Assembly (NCBI GenBank): GCA_046292385.1
Contig: JBKBRF010000031.1
Coordinates: 1-64,000 of the forward strand
Direction of reading: 5' to 3'
Source: Armatimonadota bacterium
GTDB lineage: Bacteria; Armatimonadota; SYMT01
DNA length: 64,000 nt
Positions within the stretch are counted from its first letter, which is position 1. Each line of letters starts with the position of its first letter. This document shows positions 21,524 through 32,255 of this stretch, in pieces. A program made the translations under genes and the position numbers. Below the pieces are notes generated by a model that did no database searches, was not told the origin of the DNA, and saw nothing but the letters and a program-made list of their open reading frames with translations.

Positions 21524-22762
21524 GTGCAGCGACGGGTGGTGGTAACAGGCATCGGGCTCTGCGCCCCGATCACCTGGGACGAGCTCCTGGCGGGGAGGTC
21601 GGGGCTCTGCGAGCCGGACGGCTGGCAGGTGCCGGACCTCCCGCTGCGGATCGGCCGGAGCCGCCGGGACGTCGCCGCGGAGGTGCGGGCGCTTCCACCC
21701 GGCGCCGGCGGCAGCTGGCGCCCGGACCGGCTCGATCCGGTGAGCCACTTCGCCCTGCTGGCGGCGCACGCCGCCCGGGAGGACAGCGGCGCCGGCCCGG
21801 AAGAGCTGGAGCGCGCCGCGGTGGTGGTCGCCTCCGCCATGGGGGGCGAGCGGACGCACGACACCTCCAGCCAGCACCTGGCGGAGCACAAGCTCACGGG
21901 GAAGCGAGCCCGGTTCTCTCCGTTCACCGCCCCGAAGCTGATGCCGAACGCCGCCTCCGCGAACGTCGGAATGCTGCTCGGCTCTCACGGCCCGAACGTC
22001 AGCCCGGCCGCCGCCTGCGCCAGCGGCGCCTACGCACTCGCCCAGGCCGCCGACCTGATCCGGCTGGGCCGCTGCGAGGTGGCTGCCGCGGGCGCCGCGG
22101 AGGCGCCGTGCGAGGAGATCTCCGCCCGGGTCTTCCTGGCGGGAGAGGCGCTCTCCCCCAGCGGCGAGTCGCTGCCGTTCCACCGGCGGCGCAATGGCTT
22201 CGTCCTGGCGGAGGGCGGCGCCGTGCTGATGCTGGAGGAGCTAGAGCACGCGAAGCGCCGCGGCGCGCGCATCTACGCCGAGCTGGCCGGCGCGGGACTC
22301 ACGTGCGACGCCTACCACGTGGTGGCGCCCCATCCGGAGGGCCGGTACGCCGCCGCCGCGATGGAAGCCGCGCTGCAGGACGCGAAGCTGGCGCCGGAAG
22401 AGATCGGCTACGTCAACGCGCACGCCACCGGCACCCCGGCGGGTGACCTGGCAGAATGCCACGCGGTGCGCCAGGTCTTCGGGCCGCGCCCGCCACTGGT
22501 CGGCGGCACCAAGGGCGCCACGGGCCACCTGCTCGGCGCCGCCGGGGCCCTGGAGGCGGCGATCGCGGTGCTTGCCGTCTCTCGGGGAGTGGTCCCGCCC
22601 ACGATCGGTCTGGACGCCGAAGGTACCGACCCGGAGTGCGCGGCGGGCGAGCTCGACTTCATCCCCGGGGAGGCGCGAGAGATACCGCTGCGCGCCGCCG
22701 CAAGCAACAGCTTCGCGTTCGGCGGCCACAACGCGTGCCTCATCTTCCGCCGCTTCGAGTGA
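21524..22762 (+). CDS. beta-ketoacyl-ACP synthase II (FabF-like)
   Basis: RRVVVTGIG, ACASG catalytic Cys, NAHATGT, GHLLGAAG, SNSFAFGG; GTG start with GGAGGG SD. Confidence 0.88.
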   Translation: MQRRVVVTGIGLCAPITWDELLAGRSGLCEPDGWQVPDLPLRIGRSRRDVAAEVRALPPGAGGSWRPDRLDPVSHFALLAAHAAREDSGAGPEELERAAVVVASAMGGERTHDTSSQHLAEHKLTGKRARFSPFTAPKLMPNAASANVGMLLGSHGPNVSPAAACASGAYALAQAADLIRLGRCEVAAAGAAEAPCEEISARVFLAGEALSPSGESLPFHRRRNGFVLAEGGAVLMLEELEHAKRRGARIYAELAGAGLTCDAYHVVAPHPEGRYAAAAMEAALQDAKLAPEEIGYVNAHATGTPAGDLAECHAVRQVFGPRPPLVGGTKGATGHLLGAAGALEAAIAVLAVSRGVVPPTIGLDAEGTDPECAAGELDFIPGEAREIPLRAAASNSFAFGGHNACLIFRRFE

Positions 22763-22806
22763 GCTTTCCGCACAAACGCGAATCCGAACGGACGTGGATC
22801 CGAACA

Positions 22807-22998
22807 AACGCGAAGGCGCGAAGTTTACGCGAAGGACGCGAAGGGAACCGGCGGGAATGACACCATCTACACGGAAGCGGGGTTCGTCAGCCCGCGCAGG
22901 CGGGCTTTGCTTTATGTAGCGCCGAGTTTACTCGCGCGCGGGCCAGCGCGCCTTAACCCGGGTTCGCGTCCTTCGCGTAAACTTCGCCTCTTCGCGTT
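22807..22998. repeat. intergenic inverted repeat with nested hairpins
   Basis: 36-bp IR aacgcgaag..gcgaagtttacgcgaaggacgcgaa (22807-42 / 22963-98). Confidence 0.75.
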
Positions 22999-23020
22999 CG
23001 TTCGAAATCCCGTCTCTACG

Positions 23021-23818
23021 ATGCTGATCTCCTACCACAACCACACCAACTGGAGTGACGGCGCTCCCACGCTGGCGGCGCAGATCCAGGCGGCGCGGGC
23101 CGCGGTCCTGGACGAGCTGGGCATCTCCGACCACTACGTCCTCGATCCCCGCGGGGAGGCGGTGGAGTGGTCGATGCCGGTCGACCTGCTGGGTGACTAC
23201 GTCCTCCAACTCCGCGCCGCGGCGGCGGAGACGCGCGACCTGCGCCTGCGACTGGGGATCGAGGCCGACTTCTTCCCGGAGACGGTGGAGCGGCTGCGGG
23301 AGGCGCTGGAGCCGTATCCGTGGGACTACGTGATCGGCTCGGTCCACAACGTCGACGGCTCCCCGATCGACTCGTACTCCCGCGACTGGGAAGCGCTCTC
23401 CGAGGAAGGGCGGAACGACGTCTGGCGCCGCTACTGGGAGCGGATCCGGCAGATGGCGGAGAGCCGGGTGTTCGACTTCGCCGCGCATCCGGACCTGCCG
23501 AAGAAGTTCGGGTTCCGGCCGACGGTCGACCTCACCGCCGAGATCGAAGCAGCGCTCGATGCGATCGCCGCCGCCGACATGGCGATCGAGATCAACACCG
23601 CGGGCTGGAGCCTCCCGGCCGCGGAAGCCTACCCGTCGCCGGAGATCCTGCGGTCCGCCCGGAATCGAGGCATCCCGCTGCTCATCAACGCCGACGCCCA
23701 CTTTCCGGAGTTCCTGACGCGGGATTTCGCCCGCGCCAGGGAGCTCGCCCGCTCCGCCGGCTACACGGAGCTGGTCCGCTACGAGCGGCGCCGGCGAATC
23801 CCCTACCCGCTCGACTGA
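23021..23818 (+). CDS. PHP-family histidinol-phosphatase (HisJ-like)
   Basis: YHNHT, GISDH, GIEADF, DYVIGSVH, AHPDLPK, EINTAG, ADAH. Confidence 0.85.
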   Translation: MLISYHNHTNWSDGAPTLAAQIQAARAAVLDELGISDHYVLDPRGEAVEWSMPVDLLGDYVLQLRAAAAETRDLRLRLGIEADFFPETVERLREALEPYPWDYVIGSVHNVDGSPIDSYSRDWEALSEEGRNDVWRRYWERIRQMAESRVFDFAAHPDLPKKFGFRPTVDLTAEIEAALDAIAAADMAIEINTAGWSLPAAEAYPSPEILRSARNRGIPLLINADAHFPEFLTRDFARARELARSAGYTELVRYERRRRIPYPLD

Positions 23819-24015
23819 CCGCGCGTTTGAATGGCTGCCTTCTGCGGGTAAGCGAGGGATCAAGCAAAAGAAACGCCCGGGACGGTCCTCCGAAACCGTT
23901 CCCGGGCGGCGCGGCATCGATCCCGCGTAAGCTGCAGTGCTTCATTAGGCACCGGCCGCCTGCCTGGCAACCCGGCAGGCGGTCTCTCTTCGGGAATTAT
24001 TTCCCCGGGCTAACG

Positions 24016-24507
24016 ATGGACGTGCTCGACCTGGATCGGACGCGGGTGCTCGCGGCGGTTGCCGGACCGACGCTCGAGGGTGCGAACCTCTGCTTTCAGG
24101 AGCTGCCCCGGGCGGATCTCGCTCGCGCCTTCATGGCGGGAGCCCTGCTGGACGGGGCCGACCTGCGCGGTGCGGACCTGAGCGGGGCCGACCTGAGCGG
24201 GACCTCGCTGGTCGGGGCCAGCCTGCGCCGGAGCCGGCTGCGGGGCGCACAGCTTGCGGGCGCCGACCTGGAGGCCGCCTCGCTGCGCGATGCGGACCTG
24301 CACGCGGCGGACCTGGAGAATGCCGACCTGACCGGCACCAATCTCGAAGGCGCGGACCTGGAGAACGCGCGGCTCCTGGGGGCGAACCTGGAGGCGGCAC
24401 GCCTCGATCGCTGCCGCCTGGCCGGGGCGCTCTACGACGAGTTCACCCAGTGGCCCGAGGGCTTCGACCCCGCCGCCGCCGGCGCCCGGCGCTCAGGACC
24501 AGCGTGA
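24016..24507 (+). CDS. pentapeptide repeat protein
   Basis: Tandem ADL.G repeats, TQWPEGFDP end. Confidence 0.85.
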   Translation: MDVLDLDRTRVLAAVAGPTLEGANLCFQELPRADLARAFMAGALLDGADLRGADLSGADLSGTSLVGASLRRSRLRGAQLAGADLEAASLRDADLHAADLENADLTGTNLEGADLENARLLGANLEAARLDRCRLAGALYDEFTQWPEGFDPAAAGARRSGPA

Positions 24508-24861
24508 GCCGAGCGCCGCTCCGGCCGCGGCGGCGAGCACGCCGAAGAGCAGGCTCGCCGCGGCGTAGCCGGCCGCCTGGGCAGACTGCCCGCGGGCCAG
24601 AAGCTGGAGCAGCTCCACGCTGAAGGTCGAGAAGGTGGTGAATCCGCCCAGCACGCCGACGCCGAGGCCCAGGCGCACCGGCTCCGGCAGCCGCTCCCGG
24701 CCGACCGCGTAGAGGAGCCCGAGCAAGAACGAGCCGGTGATGTTGATCGCGAGGGTCGCCCACGGAAAGCCGGCCCCCACGCGGGCGGTGAGCCAGCTCC
24801 CCAGCAGGTAGCGCGTCACCGATCCGGCCGCGCCGCCGAGGGCGATCCAGAGCAGCGTCAC
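24493..24861 (-). CDS. crcB: fluoride efflux channel Fluc/CrcB
   Basis: GGAAGSVTRY, FPWATLAIN, GGFTTFSTFS. Confidence 0.93.
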   Translation of the reverse strand: MTLLWIALGGAAGSVTRYLLGSWLTARVGAGFPWATLAINITGSFLLGLLYAVGRERLPEPVRLGLGVGVLGGFTTFSTFSVELLQLLARGQSAQAAGYAAASLLFGVLAAAAGAALGSRWS

Positions 24862-25439
24862 GCCGGGCTCTCCGGCGGCTCGACCGCCTCCGCGCCGCGC
24901 CGCGCGAATTCGGCGCGGAAGACCTCGACCGTCGGCTGGTCGATCAGGGTGAAGCGGATCTCCCGCAGCACCGAATCCGGCCGCTCCGCGCAGAACCGCT
25001 CCGCCTCCGCCACCAGGATCGCGGCGCAGCGATCCTTGGGAAAGCCGAAGATGCCGGAGCTGATCGCCGGCAGCGCGATCGAGCGCAGACCGCGCTCCTC
25101 CGCCGCCGCCAGCGCGTGCGAGACCGCGCTCGCCAGCTTCCGATCCTCGTCGCCCTCTCCCATCCGCGGACCCACCGCGTGGATGACGTGCTTCGCCGGC
25201 AGCGACCCGGCGGAGGTCACGGCGACCTGCCCCACAGGGACCCTCCCGATGCGGTCGCTCTCCTGCTGGATCACGCGCCCGCCGCGGCTCACGATCGCGC
25301 CCGCCACGCCGCCGCCGTGCTGCAGGTGCGTGTTCGCGGCGTTCACGATCGCGTCGACCTCTTCCGCGGTCAGGTCGCCGTGCCGGAGCTCCAGCACCTG
25401 TCCGCCGGCGGCGCTCAGCCTGGCGACGACCCGGCTCAT
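24858..25439 (-). CDS. macro-domain protein (ADP-ribose binding/hydrolase)
   Basis: GDLT..VDAIVNAAN..GGGVAGAI, VIHAVGP, PAISSGIFGFP. Confidence 0.92.
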   Translation of the reverse strand: MSRVVARLSAAGGQVLELRHGDLTAEEVDAIVNAANTHLQHGGGVAGAIVSRGGRVIQQESDRIGRVPVGQVAVTSAGSLPAKHVIHAVGPRMGEGDEDRKLASAVSHALAAAEERGLRSIALPAISSGIFGFPKDRCAAILVAEAERFCAERPDSVLREIRFTLIDQPTVEVFRAEFARRGAEAVEPPESPA

Positions 25440-26836
25440 CGCGCTCCTCCGTCTCCGCCCAGCACGCAGCGCTCCGCCAGGGACGGCAGGTAGACGTTCC
25501 AGCCGAGCTCCGTCGTGATGCGCGCGTTCAGTGCCTGCCGCGCCTGCGGCTCGCCGTGGACCAGGAACGTCCGCTTCGGCGGGGTGGTGAAGTGCCCCAG
25601 CCAGCGCATGATCTCGCCGCGGTCGGCGTGGGCGGAGAGCGCGTCGACCCGCACCTTCCGCGCGCGGATCGGCACTTCCCAGCCGTAGGCCCGGAACATC
25701 TCCGCACCGTCCAGGATCGCCCGGCCCGGCGTGCCGACTCCCTGATAGCCGACGAACAGCAGCGTGGTGGTCGGCTCGGAGATGTGGTTCAGCAGGTGGT
25801 GGCGGATACGCCCGCCGTTCGCCATGCCGCTCCCGGCGATGATGATCCCGGGGCCCGGGCGGTCGTTCAGCGCCTTCGAGTCGTCCCGGGAGTGGAGGTA
25901 GCGGAAGTTGGGGCCGTCGAACGGCGACTGGCGCGCGTCCATCAGCGCGGACATCTCCAGGTCGTGGTCCTGCGCGTGACTGGCGAACATCGGGGTCACG
26001 CTCACCGCCATCGGGCTGTCGATGTAGACGTCCAGCTCGGTCGCCCGGCCCTGGCGCCAGATCTTGTTCAACAGGTAGAGCAGCTCCTGCGTGCGGCCGA
26101 CCGCGAACGACGGGATCAGGATCCACCCTTTGTTCTTTACCGCCGTCTCGATCACCCCGATCAGCGTCTGCTCCACGTCCATGTTCGCGTGGTCGCGGTC
26201 GCCGTAGGTCGACTCGAGCAGCAGGTAGTCGGCCTGCGTCACCGGCGTCGGATCGGGGATGATGCTCTGGTCGTACCGGCCGAGGTCGCCGCCGAAGAGC
26301 ACCCGCCCGGCGTCGGTCTCGGCCGAGACGAAGGCGGAGCCGAGGATGTGACCCGCGCGGATGAAGTGCGTGGCGACCCCCGGGACCGGCTCGAACAGGG
26401 TGTCGTAGTCGACCGGCTCGAGCTGCGACAGGCAGCGCCGGACATCTTCCTCATCGTAGAGCGGCAGCGCCGGGTGGTGGCGTGACCAGCCGTGGCGGTT
26501 CGCGTGCTCCGCCTCTTCCTTCTGCAGCCGTGCGGAGTCTTTCAGCATCACGTGGAGCAGGTCGCGCGTGGCCGGGGTGCAGTAGACCGGGCCGCGATAG
26601 CCGTGCTTCACCACGCGCGGCAGGTAGCCGGTGTGGTCCATGTGCGCGTGGGTGAGCACGACGGCATCGAGCGAGTCGGGCCGCACCGCGAACGGCTTCC
26701 AGTTGCGCTCGCGGATCTCCCGCGGCCCCTGGAAGAGCCCGCAGTCGACGAGCACCCGCTTGCCGGCCGTCTCGAGCAGGTGACGGGAGCCGGTAACGGT
26801 ATCGGTCGCCCCGTAGAAGGTGATGGAGGTATCCAC
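25436..26836 (-). CDS. beta-CASP MBL-fold ribonuclease-like metallo-hydrolase
   Basis: VTGSRHL, THAHMDH, AGHILGS, ESTYG, SAHAD, LVHGE. Confidence 0.9.
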   Translation of the reverse strand: MDTSITFYGATDTVTGSRHLLETAGKRVLVDCGLFQGPREIRERNWKPFAVRPDSLDAVVLTHAHMDHTGYLPRVVKHGYRGPVYCTPATRDLLHVMLKDSARLQKEEAEHANRHGWSRHHPALPLYDEEDVRRCLSQLEPVDYDTLFEPVPGVATHFIRAGHILGSAFVSAETDAGRVLFGGDLGRYDQSIIPDPTPVTQADYLLLESTYGDRDHANMDVEQTLIGVIETAVKNKGWILIPSFAVGRTQELLYLLNKIWRQGRATELDVYIDSPMAVSVTPMFASHAQDHDLEMSALMDARQSPFDGPNFRYLHSRDDSKALNDRPGPGIIIAGSGMANGGRIRHHLLNHISEPTTTLLFVGYQGVGTPGRAILDGAEMFRAYGWEVPIRARKVRVDALSAHADRGEIMRWLGHFTTPPKRTFLVHGEPQARQALNARITTELGWNVYLPSLAERCVLGGDGGAR

Positions 26837-26949
26837 GATGCTCCAATCGAGAGAAGGTCGAGCGTCTCTATGGAGTAGTTCGGCCTCCGAGCAACCGACC
26901 CTTCCTGACCCGGTCTGTGAGGGCCTCGGGTGCGTCCTCCCGGAACGGA

Positions 26950-27090
26950 CGAGGGAATGAATTCCCTCGCTGGGCGGCCTCCGGCCACGCGTCCTCCGGA
27001 CGCCGGAACGAGGCCTTGCTGAGTCCCCGGAGGGGCTCCCCCGTCCGGGGGATAAAACCTCGTGCGGTTGTTGCCGCCGTTTCAACCGCC
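26950..27090. repeat. intergenic repeat family C (multi-hairpin REP-like)
   Basis: Shares cggccacgcgtcctccggacgcc, agtcccc, acctcgtgc, ttgccgc..tttcaacc with 63163-63285. Confidence 0.75.
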
Positions 27091-27104
27091 CGGAAACGGC
27101 CCCC

Positions 27105-28679
27105 CTACCCCGCCACGAAGCGCTCGTTCGGGGGGGGACCGCCTTCCCGGCGGACGCCGCGGTCGCCGTTGGCGGCGAGGTGGCGCAGGACCTGGTAGAC
27201 CGTCTCCGTCTGCTCTTCCTCACCCAGCTCCGCCGCCAGCTCCGGGGCGGTGCGCGGGCCGCCGGCGCGAAGGGCTTCCAGCACGCGGCCCTGGAGGGCG
27301 ATCACCCGCTCTGCCGCCTTCTTCCCGGCTTCCACCCCGGGCTGGTGGTAGGCGTTGATTCCGATGAGCGAGGCGTAGAGGCCGACGGCGCGATCGAACA
27401 GCGCGATGAGCCGGCCGAGCGCCGCGGCGTCGAGCCTCTCCATGGTGATAGTGAGCGACTCCCGGCCGTTCTCCGCCAGCGCTTCCCGGGTGCCGAGGAG
27501 GAAGCCGTGGAGGTAGTCGCCGCTGGTGGCGCCGGGCTGGACCTCGATCGACGGCCCTTCGCGGTCCTGCAGCACCTGGATGAAGGTGACGAAGAAGTTC
27601 ACCGCCCCTTCCCGGAGCTGCTGGACGTAGGCGTGCTGGTCCGTGCTGCCCTTGTTGCCGTAGACGACGATGCCCTGGTTGACGCGGCGGCCTTCCAGGT
27701 CGAGCTCCTTACCGAGCGACTCCATCACCAGCTGCTGCAGGTACTTGGCGAAGAGGCCCAGGCGGTCCTTGTACGGGAGCACCACCATGTCTTTGGCCCC
27801 ACGCCCCTCTCCGGCGTAGTACCACATCAGGGAGAGCAGCGCCGCCGGGTTCTGCCGGATCTCCGACCGGCGGGTGGCCCGATCCATCTCGGCGGCGCCG
27901 CGGAGCAGCGCTTCCACGTCGTACCCCAGCAGCGCGGCGGGGAGAAGGCCGACCGCGGAGAAGACGGAGGTGCGGCCGCCGACCCAGTCCCACATCGGGA
28001 AGCGGGCGATCCAGCCGCCGCGCTCCGCGTGGCGGTCCAGCTCGCTGCCGGCGCCGGTGATGGCGACGGCGTGGCGGGAGAAGCTGAGCCCCGCGCGGCG
28101 GTAGGCGGCCTCGGTCTCCACCATGCCGTTCCGCGTCTCCTTGGTGCCCCCCGACTTGGAAGCGACCACCACCAGCGTCTGGGCCAGCCCCTCGCCGAGC
28201 TCGCGGAAGATGCGGTCCATGCCGTCCGGATCGGTGTTGTCGAGGAAGAACGGGCGGAGCGGCTGCTCCACCGAGCCGAGCGCGTCCGCCACGAGCTGCG
28301 GCCCGAGCGCGGAGCCGCCGATCCCGATGAGCAGCAGGCTCCGGAAGCGGCCGCCCCGCTCCGGCGCCACCTCCCCCGCGTGCACGCGCCGGGCGAAGTC
28401 GCGGACGTGCGCGAAGGTCTGCTCGATCTCGCTCCGGATCTCCGGCGTCGGCGCGAGCGAGGCATCCCGGAGCCAGTAGTGGCCGACCATCCGGCCCTCG
28501 TCCGGGTTGGCGATCGCGCCCCGCTCCAGCGCCTCCATGGCGGAGAGCGCGCTCCGCATCGGCGCTTCCATCTCCGCCAGGAACGCCTCCGAGAACTCCA
28601 TCCGGCTGATGTCCAGCGAGAATCCCTGTGCCTCGTCCGCGACGAGATAGCTCCGATACCGCTCCCATGCGCCTGGCAT
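27105..28679 (-). CDS. pgi: glucose-6-phosphate isomerase
   Basis: [50 protein letters not shown] before ATG 28679. Confidence 0.95.
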   Translation of the reverse strand: MPGAWERYRSYLVADEAQGFSLDISRMEFSEAFLAEMEAPMRSALSAMEALERGAIANPDEGRMVGHYWLRDASLAPTPEIRSEIEQTFAHVRDFARRVHAGEVAPERGGRFRSLLLIGIGGSALGPQLVADALGSVEQPLRPFFLDNTDPDGMDRIFRELGEGLAQTLVVVASKSGGTKETRNGMVETEAAYRRAGLSFSRHAVAITGAGSELDRHAERGGWIARFPMWDWVGGRTSVFSAVGLLPAALLGYDVEALLRGAAEMDRATRRSEIRQNPAALLSLMWYYAGEGRGAKDMVVLPYKDRLGLFAKYLQQLVMESLGKELDLEGRRVNQGIVVYGNKGSTDQHAYVQQLREGAVNFFVTFIQVLQDREGPSIEVQPGATSGDYLHGFLLGTREALAENGRESLTITMERLDAAALGRLIALFDRAVGLYASLIGINAYHQPGVEAGKKAAERVIALQGRVLEALRAGGPRTAPELAAELGEEEQTETVYQVLRHLAANGDRGVRREGGPPPNERFVAG

Positions 28680-28906
28680 GCCCGACCTCCTGATCGACTT
28701 CGACCGGTAAGCGTATAACGACGAGGCGGGATCGTCCACCCTCGCCGCCGGCGCCCCGCCGCCCCTGGCGGCCCCCGCGAAGATTTCCTGTGATCCGGCT
28801 CTCTTCCACTAGCAACGCGGCCACAATCAGAATAGAATCATCTACAGAACGAGCCCTCTTGCTGAGGGCGCGAGCGAGCTTCTCCCGGGGGCCATCCAGA
28901 CGAACT

Positions 28907-30043
28907 ATGCCGCACCGCCTGCTTCGAGGATTTGGTCGTAAGGGTTCCCCGGAGCCGGAGCCGGCCTCGCCCACCTCGCCCTCCAACGCCGCGCGTCCCG
29001 CCGCGGCCCCGGTCGCCCCCGCCGTCGCTACCTCGCAGACGCTTACCGCGCTGGAGCTGGCGCGGGAGCTGTTCCGGGGGGTGGAGCACTTCATCCTTTC
29101 GACCCCGGACCTCGACACCCCGAGCTTCCTGAACCGGCTTCGGCGCATGTCCGCCCAGCTTACCGGGAGCGCCTCCCCGGACGACCTGGAGGCGCAGCGG
29201 CAGTGGGTCGCCGAGTCGCTCGCCGCCTTCGGGCAGCTCCAGCGCCGCTACCTGGCGGAGCGCGAGGACGAGCTGTGGCGGGTGCTGGGGATCTACGGCG
29301 AGCACCAGCGGATGGACGGCGCCGCCAACCAGCAGTTCCACGAAGGGCTGCGCGGCGCCCACGAGCGCATGGGCAACCTGATGCGGCTGGACGACCTGCG
29401 GCAGGTGCGGGAGCGGCTGGAGTCGGAGCTGCAGCGGGTCGACGCGCTGGTCGACCAGAAGGCGAAGTCGGACCTGGAGCGCGCCTCGCTGCTCGACGCG
29501 AAGGTGCGGCAGCTCGAGGCCGCCCTCTCCTCCGCCCGCCAGGAGGCGATGCAGGACCCGCTGACCGGCGTCTACCACCGCGGCGGCTTCCTCACCCAGC
29601 TCGAGGCGCTGCTCGCGTCCCCCACGCCCCTCGCGCTGGCGATGATCGACATCGACAACTTCAAGGACATCAACGACACGCTGGGCCATCTGGTGGGCGA
29701 CCAGGTGCTGCGCTTCGCGGTGGAGCTGCTCGGTAAGGTGGCGCGGCCCGGCGACGTGATCGGGCGCTACGGCGGAGACGAGTTCTGCCTCGCCGCGCCC
29801 GGCATCCCGGCCGACCGCCTGGGCGACCGCTTCGACGCCCTCGCCTCCCAGCGGACGATCAACTTCCAGCTGGAGGAGCGCTTCTGCTCCGTCCGTCTCT
29901 CGTTCAGCGTGGGGGTCGCCAGCTCGGCGGCCGGTGACACGATCGAGTCGCTGATGGAGCGCGCGGACGGCGCGATGTACGAGGCGAAGCGGTCCGGAAA
30001 AGGCCAGGCGCGCGTCGCCCGGACTCCCGTTTCCGCCGCCTGA
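28907..30043 (+). CDS. GGDEF diguanylate cyclase with coiled-coil N-terminus
   Basis: DPLTG, DIDNFK.IND..GH..GD, RPGD I-site, RYGGDEF. Confidence 0.92.
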   Translation: MPHRLLRGFGRKGSPEPEPASPTSPSNAARPAAAPVAPAVATSQTLTALELARELFRGVEHFILSTPDLDTPSFLNRLRRMSAQLTGSASPDDLEAQRQWVAESLAAFGQLQRRYLAEREDELWRVLGIYGEHQRMDGAANQQFHEGLRGAHERMGNLMRLDDLRQVRERLESELQRVDALVDQKAKSDLERASLLDAKVRQLEAALSSARQEAMQDPLTGVYHRGGFLTQLEALLASPTPLALAMIDIDNFKDINDTLGHLVGDQVLRFAVELLGKVARPGDVIGRYGGDEFCLAAPGIPADRLGDRFDALASQRTINFQLEERFCSVRLSFSVGVASSAAGDTIESLMERADGAMYEAKRSGKGQARVARTPVSAA

Positions 30044-30208
30044 CGTAGAACCGGAATCTCTAGCGGTACTGGAGTGGGAGAGAGGGCGAGTGGGTGAGCT
30101 TGAGAAGCTGCTGACGGGAGCGGGTCTCCCATTCCCCCACTCTCCCTTGCACCCACTCCAAACCGCTAGAAGTAGCGGGACACCACCAACGATGGGTATA
30201 GCTTTGCC

Positions 30209-31216
30209 ATGATCGACCGGCGCAAGGCCCTCGGTCTCGCGGCGTCCGTGGTGGGGGCCGCGCTGCTTTCCCGCGGAGGGCGCGCGAGCATGGGGAAGAG
30301 CTCCGTCACGACCGGCAAGATCGAGATCCCGGAAATCTCCGGCGGCACCCTCACCCGGAACGGCGCCCTTCTCCTGGTGGCGGACGAAGGGAACGGCGTG
30401 TTCCTGTTCCGGGACGCGGCGAAGCGGCTCCAGTCCGGGAGCGTGAAGCCGAAAGAGGACGAGCGCCTCCGGCTGCTGATGGAGAAGCAGGTCGACCTGG
30501 AAGACCTGGAAGACGCCGCCTGGGACGAGCGCGGCAGCGCGTTCCTGATCACCTCCCACGCGCGCAGCAAGCGCGGCGACTCGCCGGAGCAGCGCTACCG
30601 CCTGGCCCGCCTCCGTTTCGACGCCACCGGCCTGCTCCTGAAGGCGGAGGAGACCGACGCGCTCTTCCAGGCGATCGTGAACGAGCTGCCGTTCCTGGCC
30701 GACGCGGTGCGCCGCCCGCCCGCCCGCTCCGGCCTGAACATCGAGGGGCTCGCCTGGTCGCCGGAGGGGCACCTCCTGATCGGCCTCCGCGCCCCTACCA
30801 TTACCGAAAGCGTGGAGCGGGAGCACGGGGGACAGGAAGACGCCGTGGTGCTCCGGCTCACCAACCCGCACGCGCTCTTCGAGGAGCAGGGAGCGCGCGC
30901 CCTCCTCGCCGACACGGTGAAGCTCGACCTCCGCGGCCAGGGAATCCGCGGCATGTGCCTCGACCCCTCCCGGGAATTCTGCTGGCTCATCTCCGGCCTC
31001 TCCGCCGACCCGACGCACGACGTCCAGGCGCCCTGGGGCCTCTGGCGGTGGGACATGAAGGGCGCCGCCGTCCCGGCGAGCGTCCCGAAGGAAGTCGATC
31101 TGGAGACCCCGGAGACGGTGGCAGCGCTCGAAGTAGACGGTAAGCCGCACCTGCTCCTGATCGACGACGAAAAGGACGCCTGCCGCTACGCGCTCTTCCC
31201 GGTGCCGGAGGCGTAG
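30209..31216 (+). CDS. Tat-exported DUF3616-like beta-propeller protein
   Basis: DRRKAL Tat motif; DLEDAA..ITSH, LNIEGLA..LLIGLRAP. Confidence 0.65.
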   Translation: MIDRRKALGLAASVVGAALLSRGGRASMGKSSVTTGKIEIPEISGGTLTRNGALLLVADEGNGVFLFRDAAKRLQSGSVKPKEDERLRLLMEKQVDLEDLEDAAWDERGSAFLITSHARSKRGDSPEQRYRLARLRFDATGLLLKAEETDALFQAIVNELPFLADAVRRPPARSGLNIEGLAWSPEGHLLIGLRAPTITESVEREHGGQEDAVVLRLTNPHALFEEQGARALLADTVKLDLRGQGIRGMCLDPSREFCWLISGLSADPTHDVQAPWGLWRWDMKGAAVPASVPKEVDLETPETVAALEVDGKPHLLLIDDEKDACRYALFPVPEA

Positions 31217-31229
31217 GCTCCCCGAACCT

Positions 31230-31526
31230 ATTTCACCACAGAGCGCACAGAGGACACAGAGAGGGGAACAGAGGGTTTTGGCCTGATCCGCTTCACGAGA
31301 CCAGTGCTGCGGCCCCGGTCCGAACCGCATCCACCGCAGAGGCCGCGGAGAGCGCAGAGGAAACGCAGAGGGGAACCAGAGGACGGGCCTGCCGCGCCTC
31401 TCGAGTCCCGTACAGCGACCCCCGGTGATTCTTCTGCTGGTTCCCCTCTTTGCGTCCTTTGCGCTCTTGGCGGTAAATCCGGTTCGGATTCTGGTTCTCT
31501 CTGCGTCCTCTGCGTCTCTGCGGTGA
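31230..31526. repeat. family A repeat, left copy flanking PhyH gene
   Basis: First ~145 bp nearly identical to 32255-32402. Confidence 0.85.
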
Positions 31527-31538
31527 GTCTGATTCCCA

Positions 31539-32255
31539 ATGCCTCTCGATAGCCTCAACCGTGTTGGCGCGGTGGTGATCTCTGGCGTGCTGAACGCCGC
31601 CCAGGTGCGGGAGCTCCTCGCCGTGGTGGACGGCCTGGAGGCTGCTCCGGCGGTGCGGCGGCGGGCGGGGGAGACGTATGCGGTGCGGGACCTGCTGGCG
31701 CGAGCCCCGGCGGTCCGGGAGCTGGGGGAGAGCCCGGCCGTGCGGGCGCTGGTGGAGCCGCTGCTCGGACCGGACGCGCTGCTGGTGCGCGCGATCCTGT
31801 TCGACAAGCGCCCCGGCGCGAACTGGACCGTCGCCTGGCACCAGGACCGCACCATCGAGGTACAGGAGCGGCGAGAGGTGCCGGGGTTCGGCCCGTGGAC
31901 GGTCAAGGCGGGCGTCCAGCACGTGCAGCCGCCCGCGGAGGTGCTGGAGCGGATGCTCGCCGTGCGCCTCCACCTGAGCGACTGCCCACCCGGGAACGGC
32001 GCCCTACGGGTGCTGCCCGGCTCCCACCGGCACGGCCTGCTCTCCCAGGCGGAGATCCGGGAGTGGGCCGCGGGCGGAGAGAGCCTCCCCCTCCCCGCCC
32101 GCGCCGGCGACGCCCTGCTAATGCGCCCCCTGGTGCTGCACGCCTCCTCCCCGGCCGTCACCGCCACTCGCCGGCCGGTGATCCACCTGGAATACGCCGC
32201 AGGGCCGCTCCCGGGCGGGCTCCGCTGGCGAGTGGGGGCTCCGAACCGGGACTAA
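31539..32255 (+). CDS. phytanoyl-CoA dioxygenase (PhyH) family 2OG-Fe(II) oxygenase
   Basis: WHQD, NGALRVLPGSH, LHASS, R.VIHLEY. Confidence 0.88.
   Translation: MPLDSLNRVGAVVISGVLNAAQVRELLAVVDGLEAAPAVRRRAGETYAVRDLLARAPAVRELGESPAVRALVEPLLGPDALLVRAILFDKRPGANWTVAWHQDRTIEVQERREVPGFGPWTVKAGVQHVQPPAEVLERMLAVRLHLSDCPPGNGALRVLPGSHRHGLLSQAEIREWAAGGESLPLPARAGDALLMRPLVLHASSPAVTATRRPVIHLEYAAGPLPGGLRWRVGAPNRD

Noticed and set aside
26837..27104. Fluoride riboswitch ahead of the crcB-containing operon
   Set aside because: No GGCGATGG..CGCC consensus seen; the region is mostly repeat family C
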